DNA of 63,959 nt, counting the filler, from Dimargaris cristalligena (lineage: Eukaryota), in NCBI GenBank assembly GCA_003614675.1. It is 19 parts of 19 records of this genome, joined end to end, with 100 filler letters (N's around TTAATTAATTAA, not from the genome) between each part and the next. Parts side by side here need not be neighbours in the genome. Positions count along the whole stretch, not along the records: positions 47,423 to 50,662 come from ML003998.1; positions 50,763 to 54,001 come from ML003999.1; positions 54,102 to 57,323 come from ML004000.1; positions 57,424 to 60,642 come from ML004001.1; positions 60,743 to 63,959 come from ML004002.1; 14 more parts are not named here. One strand, written 5' to 3'. The first letter of the stretch is position 1; every line of letters starts with the position of its first letter. Below, piece by piece: positions 47,722 to 61,978 of this stretch. The notes under the pieces were generated by a model. The model was not told where the DNA came from. It saw only the letters and a program-made list of their open reading frames with translations, and made no database searches. Both the position numbers and the translations under genes were made by a program.

Positions 47722-50700
47722 GTTTCGTACACTACTTTATATGAGCGAAAAGTTAAGGTGGGGGATTTCAGAGGCCACCCTTTGGATTAAATAAATACAG
47801 TACCTGTTATCTCGGCTTTATTCTTATCAATGATTAAATTACTTTGAAATGACTTCTACCGGTTAGTAGAGACTGATAATGTATTTTGTGAACTGAAACG
47901 AAAAAAAAAGGTGAATACCGGTTTACTATTGGCACTGGCCTAGGTGCTATACAGGCTTATAGCTATTAATATGGCAAGTTTCTGCTAGTGTAGGCACCTA
48001 TTGAATACAACACCGGGTGTACTCTTGAATGATGCCTGCTACTGATCATATATAGGGGGAATATAGACCAAGGAACCAATAGGCTAAAGGCATGGTAGTA
48101 TTGTGCCGGCACTTTGTGAGGACTATGGTGTATCACTCAAAGTTGGTTCTTTGAGCTTAGCGACGCGGCGGGAGATGCCCAGCTTGAGGTTCAAGGGGCC
48201 AGAGACTGGAGTGGACTTTGGCGGGTTGGAGGCTGAAGGAGCCATCACTGTTTACTGGCTGACTATGTTACTGCACTGCCGGGTTATATAAATGTATAAA
48301 ATTCAATAAATGGATGAGATCAAATTTTAAATATATAATAGAATAAAGCAATGGAGTAATATACATTTGTCGGGAATCATCGGTTATATTGGTAAATTTT
48401 AAAGTGAATCATTACAAATATCTCAAATGAAACTTGATGTTTAAAAAGGGGGATTTGTCAGTGTATATATAATAAATGGCTAGACTACAGAATACTATTA
48501 CTAATGATAACAACTTAATAGTTTTATACCATAATAACATGAGATAGGAAAAAACTGATACAACTGCTACACTATGGTCATGAATAAGATACTAAAATAG
48601 AAGTATATTGAAAGATCAGAAGACTTGTAGAGTGGTGGTGTTCCCAAGCCTCCTAAACATCAGATATTGATAGGATATCAAATAATTTATACTAAAATGT
48701 TATTTAGCGCCATACCAAGAAGGAATCTACCAGATGGCTGGGTATTTCCCAACTATAGCTAAAAATAATTTGTGATATACTAAAATGGTAATTTGAGGCA
48801 GGTGATCTTTGTATGCCATAATCGCCATCAACTGTGACGGGTTATAGCCTTATCAAAAAGTAATAAATATTAGATTATAATAATAGAAATGGAAAGCAGA
48901 AGAAAAGGAGAATTAGCGTATGCAAAGAGATCACAAAAATTACAGCTACAAGCTATTTCCTTGGAATGGGCTTGCTAGTTCCTGGTGATCTTGAATTTAT
49001 CCATAGAATTGCTATATTTTGATACCCATCCGGTTACAACATATGCGATCAAGTTCCCACTACCTATGGCAGTTAAAATGGCAGTGCACTATGGAATTAC
49101 ATCAGTACAAATTAGAAAAGCAGCTCCTGCCTTTGTCAAACGGCCTCTTAAATTGATTACCTATTATATATGCTTACTGTTCAATCATCGTCACAACCAC
49201 GACACGCTCAAATACATCTATAAGTGTATTCCGCATCACTCTTATGGTCATTGTTATGTTAATATAATAAAGTGTTGCGTTTATTTACAATCATATATTC
49301 CGGCAGAGCGTAGCTAAGAAACCCCCATAATTAATCCTAGCCCACTTGAAATATAGTAATAATTGTTTTGGTCGCTTCGTCAATTAGATAGGTAACAGGT
49401 TCCCCGCAATTGTATTATTTGCTCGGTAAAACGTGATAATTGATTACAATTGTTCTGATAGATAATTTTCTTACCACCGCAGCAAAGGAATGTCTCATAG
49501 CTACCTTCTGCCGTTTCATATAGCGTTGTGCGCCAAAAGCTGAATCATGATTCTATAATGCCAGTAAGCCTAGGAAAAAATTGGATTGGCCGGAGCGGCG
49601 CACTTAGGTGGTAAGTGGCCCACATCTGGTTAAACGGGTACCTAACTGGTTCCTTCTTATCCTTTCTAATTGTCTTTTAGGCTGACCTGCGTCCACCAAA
49701 ACCATGGTTTCTTCCATTTATCAAGTCTTAGTGGCATGGGAAGCTGAGCGCAACAATGGGTGCATGCCGATGACACAAACTGGGCTGGCGTGTAACAGTG
49801 GCTTTAAATATAAACACCCTTGCATGCAGACTACCATTTGGGTTCTTTTCCGCGCCGCTGCTATCGTACATTGAATGGGAACCCAAACAAGAGACACCGC
49901 CGACCCTTTCCCAAGCAGTCCTGTATAATGTTAGCTTCTAGTCAAGTGTACTACCGGCCATATTTTCTCGACGGGGTTGTTGGTATCATTAATATTGCTG
50001 GATATGCCTCTTTAGCTTAGATACTGTCGCCCCAAAGGTTTTCCCCAATCCCATTATAGGCAGCGGAAGATATGCCATTGCGAGGGATGAAACCCACCAC
50101 ATGGTCGGGAATAGTTGTGCCCCTTATTTCTGTTGGCAATTGCGTTCGTCCAACCAGCGTGCCTTGTACATGTGCGAGGTCTTTGGATTCAATCACCGCC
50201 AAAAGGTTCGTTGGGGGGAAAGATGAACTGTATAATAATGCAGATAGTATGCCGCATTTGGACCACACCCTCGGACCAACATGGTTAGCCGGAGTCATAG
50301 GACTTTCTGAAGAGCATCGCATAACAACATCTATATCATAGATGGAAGAAATTTTTACTTCATCCACCTACAATGGTTACACACAATGATGTTGCTACTG
50401 GATCAAAACAGTGTAGCTTCCCCTAACTGTTGAGTGAGGGCAGAATTTAGGTATAAGTCTCCGCCAATAGGAAGCATATGGCATGAATGGCTGAAATTAT
50501 CTATAACTGCAGCTTAAAATTTAAATGGTTACACAGTTTGAAAGGCAGCATCATCCCCACCCATGTCCAGGGCGGCCTAATGACTAATCGACCATGGGGC
50601 CTAAGTACAACTGAGAAGAGCAACCGAACGCTTGGCCTCAACTTAAACCCTAGACAATAGTGNNNNNNNNNNNNNNNNNNNNNNNNNNNNNNNNNNNNNN

Positions 50701-53047
50701 NNNNNNTTAATTAATTAANNNNNNNNNNNNNNNNNNNNNNNNNNNNNNNNNNNNNNNNNNNNTGTGAATGCAGGGGTATCATCCGGTCAGGGGCAGGGGT
50801 GCATCACAGTCAAGGGTATAAAATATAATAATAGGAAAAACCATATAATAATGAAAATGGAGGGAAAATGACCATACTCATCAGGGGTAGGGGTAGGGGT
50901 AGGGGCAGGGGCTCATTCACTCATTAGGGGCGTATTTCCAATAAGTGCGAAAAATAAATTAAAAATAAAAGTAAGTAAAAAATATAGTAAGTTCACCATA
51001 CCACTGATTAAGCCAGAGGCTTGGAATGGTGGAATTAGCTAGAGTGGGCAAAGAAATTAGTGAAATTCAGTAGAATAGTAAAGTTTGGGAGTGTGTAAGT
51101 GACAAAAATTGGCTAACCATGGGGGTTCTATACTTTTTCTATAGGTCACTGCACATTTATCTTTTATGTTCATAGTCAAGTAGTCTGACCAGGCAAGTAA
51201 CTCTGACACAGTTTAGGGGCATCCCTTTCATGCTGTATAATTGAATGAGAAGCTAGAAATACCATGTAACTTGATGGGAAATCATGGTAATCACTAATGG
51301 AATTGGTCTTCAACCCTATGCATATGAAATTAGCTATAAAGTATATTTTACACAGGTAATCTGGACTATTAATCTGCTGCAATGACCCTGGCATAGCATG
51401 AATCACCTCAACCTGACAACTAATAATAAGCATGGAGTCCTCTCACACTACTACACTCGCCTAAATTAGTCAAGATTGACACATATGGCCTAATCTGCAC
51501 CAGATTTCTGCATAGGGCATGTAGATTTGTGGTGTATATCACCATTCATCTACATTAGGTGGGATTGTAGATGAGAATTGATCAGCTTTAAAACTACAGT
51601 GTGTCTGGTGGTGAAAATCCTGTTTACCAGCCAATGAAACTAATACCATTAGTTTGGAATAGGGTTTAGTATTTTTAATTACCATGTAGCTATACTTGTG
51701 GAGTACATATACCTGTTCAAGAATGGTTGATTCGGCCCTGGAGATGTAACCAGGTGTATCAACCAATCTAATGACTTTTAAACAAAACCCAATGATTTAA
51801 GATGGACCTTAGTCCAAAGCTTTGGTGAATTTTAACCTTACATTTCTATGACATTTGAAGCACTTTTCTATGACACTACATTGGAATTAAGGTTACATTA
51901 GAAATTGTAAATGTATCCCTACATGGCTTTAATCTACTAAATGGAAATTGTTGTTAAATTTTAACCCACTCTATTTATATACAGGGAGGATCTCAAATGT
52001 TAGGTGAAGTCAGTTCAAATTGCACTTGAGTTCCCAACAGTACTATAAATAAAACCAGCTGGCCATGCTCAGTGCCATTCCAGTTTCCTTCTGTGAATAT
52101 TGGATTTCCCTGATGATCTTGGAGGGTTCTATTATCCCATTTGATACCCTAGTTAATGATTATATTAATATATTGTGTACTTAACAGGGCAATTTCACCA
52201 ATACTACCAATTGCTATGTAATCAACTAGTTTCTAGGTGGTTCACCAGTGTCTCATTATGCCTATCCAATGTAAATGGCCCAAGTCCACACCACATCTAC
52301 ATAGTCAAGATTACCAAAGGATTATAGTCATCTAGGAATTGGACCATCAAGATCAGATGATTTCCCACTTTACAGCAGATAATACAATCTCATTGACATA
52401 AAGCACCTATTAGTAAATAAGCAAAATGTAAATATAAAAGGGGTGCTACAGACCTTGAGTGGCTGATGTGGCCACTACATAGTACCATGCCTAAGGCAAT
52501 CATTGAAAGGATCTCGCTGAAGGATTTTCTGATTAACAGCCATTTGACCTGATTGTAGTAAAGGGGGTCAACAATGAAACCTACATGTATATTTGACAAC
52601 CCAATCAACCTTCCTAATGCAACTGAGGGAGACTACTACCACTTAGAGGGAGGAGGTCAATCCTTCCCACAGTCCTCCCCATCCAAGTGATGGATACCTG
52701 CAGGACAATGGTGTGGACCACCTAATCCCCCCACTGGAGGAGGGCATCCCTACCCCAATGGCACAAGAACAATACCTCATTTCAGAGGATTAATAATACC
52801 CTACCCCACATGGCCAACTATAGTTCTTTGTCTTCTAAATAAATAATTATTACCTTTAATAATTTGATCTTGTTATTTACTTAGAACCAGCCCTATTTGG
52901 CACTCACATTATTTTTTTGTAGTTACCTAGCCCTATTTGGCCATCATGGCTATACTAATACCAAGCATCAAATTAAATTCATAATATTTACATATGACCC
53001 CCCCCTCCAAGAATGTGATTTATACTAATAATTGGCCCAACTTGTAA

Positions 53048-53059
53048 GCTCTGATGCCA
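53048..53059 (-). promoter_or_regulatory. Possible tRNA-iMet primer-binding site (TGGCATCAGAGC)
   Basis: Follows ...AACA on the minus strand and is one mismatch from the common retrotransposon PBS TGGTATCAGAGC. No gag recognised downstream. Confidence 0.3.
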
Positions 53060-54101
53060 TGTTTTATTTTTTGCACATAACAAAACCACCCAGTCTGATG
53101 CAGCTGTCATTGTAAAAAGAAGGAAAGAAAACCTACAATATTATACTTATATTGCAGAACAGTTCAGCCTTAAGCCCATGACTGTGGCAATAGCTGACCA
53201 ATCTGTGATAGCTTTTCATTCTACAGCCAGTGGTCATCCTCAATGGCTTTTATTCTTACCCCTGAGGTGCCAAATTAGACAAAACTAGGTAAAAGTATAA
53301 TTAGTACCTGAAACCAAGGTAATAAAAAGGGACTTTTGCTGGGTACAAGGAGAAAGGAGAACAGGGAGTTAAACTGAGTAGTAACTAATAGTTACCTGAA
53401 GCCAAGGTGGTATTAGTATTCTACAAGGGGGTCAAAGAGTCAGATAATAATGTCTAGGAAGTAAGGGGACAGACAAGGGGTTTATTTATAGTTTTTATCA
53501 GAGGGGAAACTAAGGGAGAATCAAAGGGAAATAATAGATTGATCATTAATGAGAACTTATGCATGTGATATAACTATAAACTAATTGGATTAGACTAGGT
53601 ACATGGAAAGGCTTAGCAGGAACAGAGAGACCAATCAGTAGGATGGTGGGCTGGTAGTTATGTAAAATATAGCTAATGGATAGGAAAAACCAATCAGTGA
53701 GCTGGTGGCATGTGGTTATGTGAAATATGGCCAATGAATAGAAAAGAGAGGAGGTGAGAGAAAAATGGAAAATGGAATGTGGTGTAGGTACCACACTCCA
53801 CTTCCCTCGAAATATTTAGGAAGTTCCCTTTTGCATGATTTTGCTATTAATTATGACCATTCCTAATAAACATGTAATTGGAGACAAGGCTGGACTTTTT
53901 GTAATATACACCCACCTTAGGGGATACCCTACTCTATAAAAGCCGTAGATTTAATAGCAAGGGACCAATGATTAATTTCGGGTCTATTATTACTTCATGG
54001 CNNNNNNNNNNNNNNNNNNNNNNNNNNNNNNNNNNNNNNNNNNNNTTAATTAATTAANNNNNNNNNNNNNNNNNNNNNNNNNNNNNNNNNNNNNNNNNNN
54101 N

Positions 54102-57100
54102 ACTAATGGTCAGACCAGCCTTGATGAGATCAGACAGTATACCAACTACATCATTTGCATGTTGGATTACTTTGTTGCGAATCCCATCAACCTCTACCTC
54201 TGCAGAATCAGTCTGTAGGTAGGTTTTGATTACACCATCGTCGACGAAGAGGGATAGTCAATGGGGCATATGCCTCCCTAGGATTTTGGTCATAACCTGC
54301 TGAAAGATACTGACACTGTTGGTCCATCCCATGGGTAGGCAGGTCATTCTCATGAGGCCAATCGGGGTATTGATTGCGAAGATGTCACAGTCTCGAGCGT
54401 CCACTGGGATTTGGTCATACCCCGAGTATAGGTCAAAGGTAGTGATGAGGCAACACCCTGAGATATCTTCTGCAATCTCATCGGCAACGGGGGGTATTCC
54501 AGCATTCCGAACTGTGACTGCGTTTACCGGTTGAAGGTCTTGAATGAAACGAAGCTTTTCACCATCCTTCTTTAACTGGGTGAACCACCGGCTGGCATAG
54601 GGACCTTCAGATGGTTCAATGATTCCTGATTCCAATCGGTCATTTAGGAGATTGACGACCTTATCATGGAGAGCACGCGGCACAGCAAAAGGGCGATAAT
54701 TCCAAGGGGTATGAGGAACTGTATGGACCCGAATAGGCTTTGTGATACTGGGATGAACAAGCCCAAGGTGTTCTGGACCAAAGGCAAAAGCCTGGTCTAC
54801 TTCCTTTAAACGATTCAGAAAGTATTGAGTTTCAGCTTCAGTTAATTCTCCATCACCAATGACTAGAGTTTTCTCTGTTGCTTCATTGATTCTGGGTGGG
54901 CCCATCATGTGAATATCAGCTGGGGGTGCCACCACAGATTCATCCTCATCTGACTGTTCTGTCTGGATTGGAACTGGTACAGGTCAGACCTTCTTTGCAA
55001 CTGGCTTATACTTGGTGAAGCCAACAAAGCATGGGTCCTCAACTTGGACAAGGTAGGAGCTTGGTAACCCATTACCAGTTCCCTGGGGGACAACAAATCT
55101 CTCTTGCTGGCCGCCGTGCTTGGCTAAGAAATGTTTAGTTCCATCAGTTGCACACTCAACTGTCCAGTCCACACTTGTCAGCCATGGCATGCCAAGGATG
55201 ACATATTGGCTATCGCCCTCAACAACCAAGAAGTTAGTTGGGACAGATATATTCCCAGTTTTCACCAGGGTGTCCTCCAACACATGGGCTGTGCTAACCA
55301 GGTTCCCTCCCAAACCATAGACTTGTGTTATCTCAGTACTAGGTTTAAATAGGTCACTAGGTAAGTGTTTAATGATTTGGTGGGGGACAATATTGACCTC
55401 TGATCCAGGGTCAAGTAGTGCCACCGTCGCCTTGCCGCCTATCTCCACAGGGATTACTACAGTTGATTGGTGCAGTAACCCTGGTTTTGCTGTCATTGTA
55501 ACCACCGATCAGACACAATCCTCGATTTCGCTATCACCGGAGTCATCTTCGGATGACGTCGCCACATGTACATCTGCCACTGTCACTTCGGGTGCCTTGT
55601 ATTGCCGTCGTTTGGCCAGGTAAGTCCGTACTACCTTTCGAGCTCGTGGAGCAACAGCTAGATACTCCATGGTGGAAATGCCAAGTTTACCGTCGCGCAA
55701 ATGGCTTTTTACCACATCATCAGTGTCCATCTGGTCAATGGGTGCGGCCAGACGGAACTTTGCCTTTCTCCCCTTTTTCGGGGGTACTTCGTCATCAATG
55801 GATTGGTCCATTGGAGTCACCGTAATAGCCGACCTTGTTAGCCTAGAGGCTGGCTCCTGGGGCTCTTTACGTCGCCCATCTGGTGTGGTGTTAAACACCT
55901 CGGTGGTCTCGCCTTGGTTATTGGACTTTCAGGCTCGTTTAGCTACCCCCGCGGGCATGACAACAGGGTTAGTGGATCCAGTTATCACCATTGGACCATC
56001 CAAGATGCGTGAACAAGTTACCGCAATACTGGTAGGGTGAGATACTCGCTCATTAACAGCAGCCTTCATTCCGCCACTGCCAAAACGCTGGGGTACTCGG
56101 GAACCATCAGGGAATACAATAAGTCCCTTCTCAATGTAGACAACTTTAGCTTGAAGATCTTTATAAAAGGAGTCGCAGTCATTATGAAAATGGCCAATTT
56201 CATTGCAGTATATACAATGAAGTGGGCCCTTATCACGCCTTTCCTTGCGCTCCGATGACCCGACCTTGATGCCGCGCAGTATCCCAAGAATTTCGTCTAA
56301 GTCCTGACGATCAATTGGGACCATGTTACTAGCTGGGGCCGTCCCAACCTGATTAACCAATGTTTTCTTCGATTTCGTGCTCCTTTTCATGGGGTAACCG
56401 TCATCCGCAGTTTCGCCATCTGAACTTGACGCCTCATCAGAACTTGTGGTAGTCTGATTTGCCTGATTCGTCGATCGCAGCTTCTCATGATAAGCCACTT
56501 TGTTCGCCGTGTCAATGTACTGGCTGAAAGTTGGATCACGCACCGTCATTTGATCCCACGCTCGCGTCGCCACCTGAGCAGGCAGGGCACATTCTAACAA
56601 CCAAATTTTTTCATTATCAGACATGTTACTCACCTTCATCGCCATTCGTTCGAACTCCTGGAGAAAGCCCAGGATCTCTGGTCCAACTGGTTTCTTCTTT
56701 GACAACTTTAAGAGGGCACTTCGGCGTCGGGATCCTCCTTTGAGGCGATATCGCTCGCCACGATCCAAGAGAAAGGCGCGGACGTCAGCCCAATCGTCGT
56801 CATAATCAAACAAATCACCAAATTTTTTCGCCAGTTTTTTCGGGAGGTAGTTCTTCACCTGCCGAATTTGGCGTATATCCGACATGTTCATCGCCTTCGC
56901 GTAGCATTCGAACTCTTCAATGAACCCAGTGGTGTCCTCTTCAGTGTACACTGACGGCTCCGTTAATCCAACGTTGATGAACGTCCTCTCATCCGGAGTA
57001 CTCGCGTGATTATCCCTATATGAGGCACCCCTTGTACTACCCGGGGTGTCCGGCCTATTGCCAGCGGCCTTCGGAATTTGCGTAGAGGCAACGGCCTCTT

Positions 57101-57200
57101 TATCAACCCGGCCAGAAGTCGCAGCGGCCAGCTCCCTGGTGGTAGAAGACGGGAGGTTCGCGGAGTTGGAGGAGACAGGGGCGGAGTTGGGCGTCGTCAT
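54102..57200 (-). mobile_element. Ty3/Gypsy LTR retrotransposon gag-protease-RT (inactivated, 3' truncated)
   Basis: Gag with zinc knuckle CIYCNEIGHFHNDC, protease ALLDPGSEVN, and RT motifs LRFIQDLQPVN, FDLYSGYDQI, LPMGWTNS and LFVDD. The four ORF pieces share one frame, separated by TGA codons. Confidence 0.95.
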
Positions 57201-58690
57201 GGCGGGATAACGGAGGGATGGGTAATCAATGGAACAAAACGGAGAACGGGGGATATAAACGAGGTATAAGGTTTATTGGGATATAAAAAACGGTGGTGTC
57301 CGTTAATAGTAAATCAATAGTCGNNNNNNNNNNNNNNNNNNNNNNNNNNNNNNNNNNNNNNNNNNNNTTAATTAATTAANNNNNNNNNNNNNNNNNNNNN
57401 NNNNNNNNNNNNNNNNNNNNNNNGGGGCGTACTTCCGATAAGTGCGAAAAATAGATAAAAAATAAAAGTAGGTAAAAAATGTGGTAAGTTCACCACACTG
57501 AGTATAGGACAGGCCAATCACAGAGATGGAATCAGTGCGATGGGGGAAATGAATTTCCAACAAGTACCACACCCCCATCCTAACACTAGTAGCCTGCTTG
57601 GCCGAGCCTAAGCCCCACCTACTGTTAGAAGCCTATCCTTGGGACTCTTGATGGACTAAGAATGGTTAACCCAGGTGATAGTGACGTTAATAATAATAAA
57701 TCAATAGAAAAAAGGTCATAGTCATGTTCAAGGAATAAGAAAACAAGTTCAAATTAAACTAGTGGTAATTTGTCTTTTTTCTCAAAATGAGCGGGAATTC
57801 ACTGGTTACTTATGTAACAATTTTGTGAGCCTTAGAGGCCACTGGGTGCAAAGAAAAGGACGTGGAAAATACTCAGCAAATGTAATAAGATGGAAGGGAA
57901 AGGAATGTGCCAAGAAATAGGTCAGATTTTTTTATGCAAACTGCAAGAGTAAAAAATAAATAATATTTTTAGTATTCTTAGTGTATTTGTTTTTAAAAAA
58001 CTCATTATGTTAATAGGGGGGAAAGAATTTTTTTTCCATAGTGAGACAGTGTCCCCCCTTTTAGAGGGGACCCCGCCTTTATTACCCAATGATAATAGTA
58101 CAATATAAGGGTGGTCGGCCTTGCAGACTGCCCTCTTTCCCTTATCTTTTCTTTTCTTTTGTTGGGGTTCTCCCACCCTCAACTCTTACCCCATGCCTGT
58201 ACTTGCTCTTTGCTGTATGTGGGTTCTCTTTTCTCTTTTCCCCCTTTTTATACTGTTTTCTCTTTTAGCCATATCTCTGTGACCAGTTTACTGGTCCCCC
58301 TCTATTATGTATTGAAATTGGTTCAATAAGTTATTGTGCAGGCAATAAAAATATTACTTTCCCTAAAGTAGAAAGGAAAAATTTCCTTGTGAAAATTTAT
58401 TTCTCTATCTTTCTCCTTCTTTTATTCCTTTGTGAATAAAATTTAGGTAGTGGGCATTTTATTATCAGGTCTCTATACTAACTGAATACTTATCTCGTCC
58501 CCCTTTAGGGTCCTTCAGACTTCCTATACTTTGATTTAGTGTCTATAGTTCTACCCCATTAAAAACTCTCTTACAATTCACCCTACCTCTTTTGGCTTTC
58601 CATTAATATTTTGTCTCAGTTCTTCAAAGGGTGAGTTAACCCTGGGGGATTCTCCTTAAGGAACAGATCAACAAGCATCAAGGATCAGTA

Positions 58691-59692
58691 TTGGTCAATC
58701 ACCATGGTCAAAACCTCTGGGCTCAACAACTCCCCAACATCTTTTGTCACCCCCTTAGTCACTTCTGTCCCACAATGTACACCCAGGACCATCAGCATAT
58801 AAGTCAGTGGGCTGATTACCTCCTCCCATCTTCACCCTTACCTGCCAAGTCCTGCCCCAACCACACCCATCATGATACCTACACTGCCAGTATGGCCCTT
58901 AAGTCCCTTGAAGAACATCTGGTTAGTCAAATACTATGGTCACTCACTGTTGCTGGGCTAGCTTATGCTGCATCCAATAATCCTAGTCTTGCTAGTGGTC
59001 CCCAAGTAGATTATTTAGTGGGGATTCTAGCTGGTACAGTGGCTGGTACTCTATTATCATGTTTAACCCTTAATCAAATAAAGGTATTTGATGGTATTAA
59101 GGTTACCAACACTATTCAAATGATGTGTGAAAGTAACTTGGCATTGAATAGCACACTGCATTTACAAGTCTTAGTCATCCAGTTCATGGTGAAAAAATGT
59201 AATCAAGATACCATGGTGATAGTACAGGTCGCTGTGAGATTGCACAATAATTATTCTGACAGTGCTAAGGCAAGCCCAGTAATGGGTAAGCCTGGCACTC
59301 ATCAGGATTAACTCCCCCAGCCCATCTAAGGAGGGACCTCTGTATTTACAGGTCAGGTCAGCAGTGGATACTTAGGCTTCCTTAAAAACCTCCCCCCATA
59401 TTCCTGATTGGATCAAACATTGGGTTACTATTCCATGGAAAGAGGGCCCCCCACCCCCATTCAATATTCCAGAGTTACCATTAGCCAGCCCAGATGAAGT
59501 GTGGTTTATGCAGTCTGAGATTTAACAGATGCTATTGGCTGGGGCAATTCGGGAAATCCTGACTGGTACCTACATCTCCCCCTCTTTCCTAATTCCCCGC
59601 AAGGGAGGTGGGTACCATCTCATCACTGACTTAAGATACCTGAATAGGTTCTGCCGATCACAGACTATACACTATGAGACTTGGGACACTGC
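58691..59692 (+). mobile_element. DIRS/Ngaro-type retrotransposon relic (gag-like region + RT N-terminus)
   Basis: WIKHWVTIPWKEGPP...SEI*QMLLAGAIREI...YISPSFLIPRKGGGYHLITDLRYLNRF...YET resembles the RT start of tyrosine-recombinase retrotransposons. Similarity stops near 59692. Confidence 0.7.
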
Positions 59693-61770
59693 TGTCATAG
59701 TGTGGTGGTGTCAGGCCACTAAATTGAACAACAAAAAATATATCAAAAGGGCAGGGTGGCTTCTCCAGGTGAACTGGTTTATCACTCAGATAAAAATTCA
59801 ATATAAAATACTTTTAATAAAAAAGACCAGTTTAAACCAAGTAATAGTAAAGGTGGTTTATTGTAAGGTGAAAGATAGAAGAAAATTGGTACCCAAAAAT
59901 TGATACAAAGCAAATGACACATAGAGAAAAAAGAGGGGGAAAAGTTTCCCTTATATGCAAAAATATGCACACTAATGCATTACCGATTGCTTATGTGCTG
60001 CCGTGGGCAGTTGGGCAGAGGCCGCATAAGTCCCGGAACACATTACCAATCCAAGAAGTAGTCATACTTTGGATGGATTCAAGGTCCCTGGATGATTGAT
60101 GAGTTATTTCCATGGGAAAATTCCAGGGCCGAGAGTTTTATTTTATATTCTAACCTTCAACTGGTGACATATAGCAAGTGGATAAACCCAGCTGGACTTC
60201 GCTCATTCAACGGAGGTAGTATGCCTTGTCGTCAATTCAAGAAGGGTGAATAGTCAGCCACTCGAACATCCTGGCCCCGGACTACCCATTTCCGCCTGTG
60301 TCTAGGAATGTCCGTCGAACCCATCGAACCCCATCGGTATTTTCCCACCCAAGTGGTAATAAGTCCATGCAGCGGAGATATCCACTTACCCCGCCCGGAA
60401 AATGGATAAGGCATTCACTATTCAAAAGGTGGCTTAGGATTGCTGCTGATCATGTTTGTATCTTCTTGGACCTCACCTATCGGGATTGCTAACCTTTATT
60501 ATTTCCTGCCTTTTTAAGAGCGTCGGATTTGGACAGACTACTCTCTTCATATTCCCAGGTTCGGCAACATAAAAATATAACGTTTACGTTCGGCCAGTAG
60601 GTATGCTAGTCAATGTCAAAATATAGTAACTTAATCGACTTGNNNNNNNNNNNNNNNNNNNNNNNNNNNNNNNNNNNNNNNNNNNNTTAATTAATTAANN
60701 NNNNNNNNNNNNNNNNNNNNNNNNNNNNNNNNNNNNNNNNNNCAAAGATCTCTGGTTAAAAAATAATATACCTTATATTTGCCTAATCTCATAATTTAAA
60801 GCCCTAAATAGTTGGGTTGAAACTACTCCAGATGTTCGACTCCCATTGTCTTCCACTGGTCAGTGAATGGTAAACCAACTAGAGTTAATATTTACCATAT
60901 ACTAGTAAAGGGATGAGTATGTAATGCCTGTGATAGACGATAAGTCACTAGAGAGTGGCCAAAATTTCTAAGATGGCCAAATTTTACCATGGAAAGACAA
61001 TCCCCAACTCACACAGAGCCCATTCTACTAGTCTGCCCGATGGTCCACATGTGGGTAAAGGCAGTAGATTAATATACAATTTCCTCAAGGCATTATCTAC
61101 CACCAATACCGTAATATAGCCAATTTGCCATCTAGTATATACTCTTTATACTTGGGATAATCTGCGCTAGGCTTAGACACTGAGTTGGAGTAATATAAAT
61201 AGCATAAAAGGGATTGCATGGCCCAATATCCTACCTGTAGATATTAAAAATGAGTAGACCGGAGATGATGGTGATTTGGGTGGGAATAGCCCTTGTTCAT
61301 TTTCAAGTCATTTATTTCCAACAGCAGGTCTATCACTGATGGTATTACTCGTACATTAAAATGTAGAATACCAGGCGTAAATATGGACAAGGGGAATGTA
61401 AAAAGTGGAGGGCTTGGGTGTCGAGAGTGAACCCATCAGAGATCAAACTATTAGGATTGGCTAGATATATGGGTATAGGGACACGAGCCTTCCCTTAGGG
61501 ATGTGTTAATTAATTTTTCTTGACCAAAAAAATGCCCCAGGTAGCTTAAAGCCATAGCCCTGCATTAGCATAGAGCCTTGTCAAGGGATTGGTGGGTTTG
61601 GGTATAAGAAGAGTAAGAGCCGCCCTCTCTAAAAATATTATCAACATTACCATCACATTCCTCATTTCCCACTTTCAACTCATATACATATTAGCATCCC
61701 TACTAGATAGCTGGGCTATTAACATACTCCAATCTTTCATTCCATCTCATCTTATCCCATTTACCTTACT

Positions 61771-61978
61771 ATGGCTTAGATCATTACTAAGGTTTTGATT
61801 CTGGGTGCCTTCTGTGCTATTACTGTTATGACCATCACTACTGTCAGTACTTTACAGACTACCCCCCAAATCCCCAAACAGTTCATCAGTGCCAACACTA
61901 ATCTACAGGTAAATCCCAGTAAGCAGAGTGTGTCCACCAAAAACAAGCCTACTATTCAAGATGCTGGTTCTAACAATA
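61771..61978 (+). pseudogene. Secreted-protein gene remnant cut by a family B LTR
   Basis: ATG GCT TAG followed by in-frame hydrophobic IITKVLILGAFCAITVMTITTVST. The LTR starts at 61979. Confidence 0.4.

Noticed and set aside
54258-55931. UGA reassignment (alternative genetic code)
   Set aside because: CGA-to-TGA decay explains the stops, and the intact conserved genes here have no internal TGA and use TGG for Trp.
3323-60742. Regularly spaced TTAATTAATTAA motif, and any gene cluster spanning it
   Set aside because: Synthetic linkers between size-sorted contigs; neighbours across them are unrelated.
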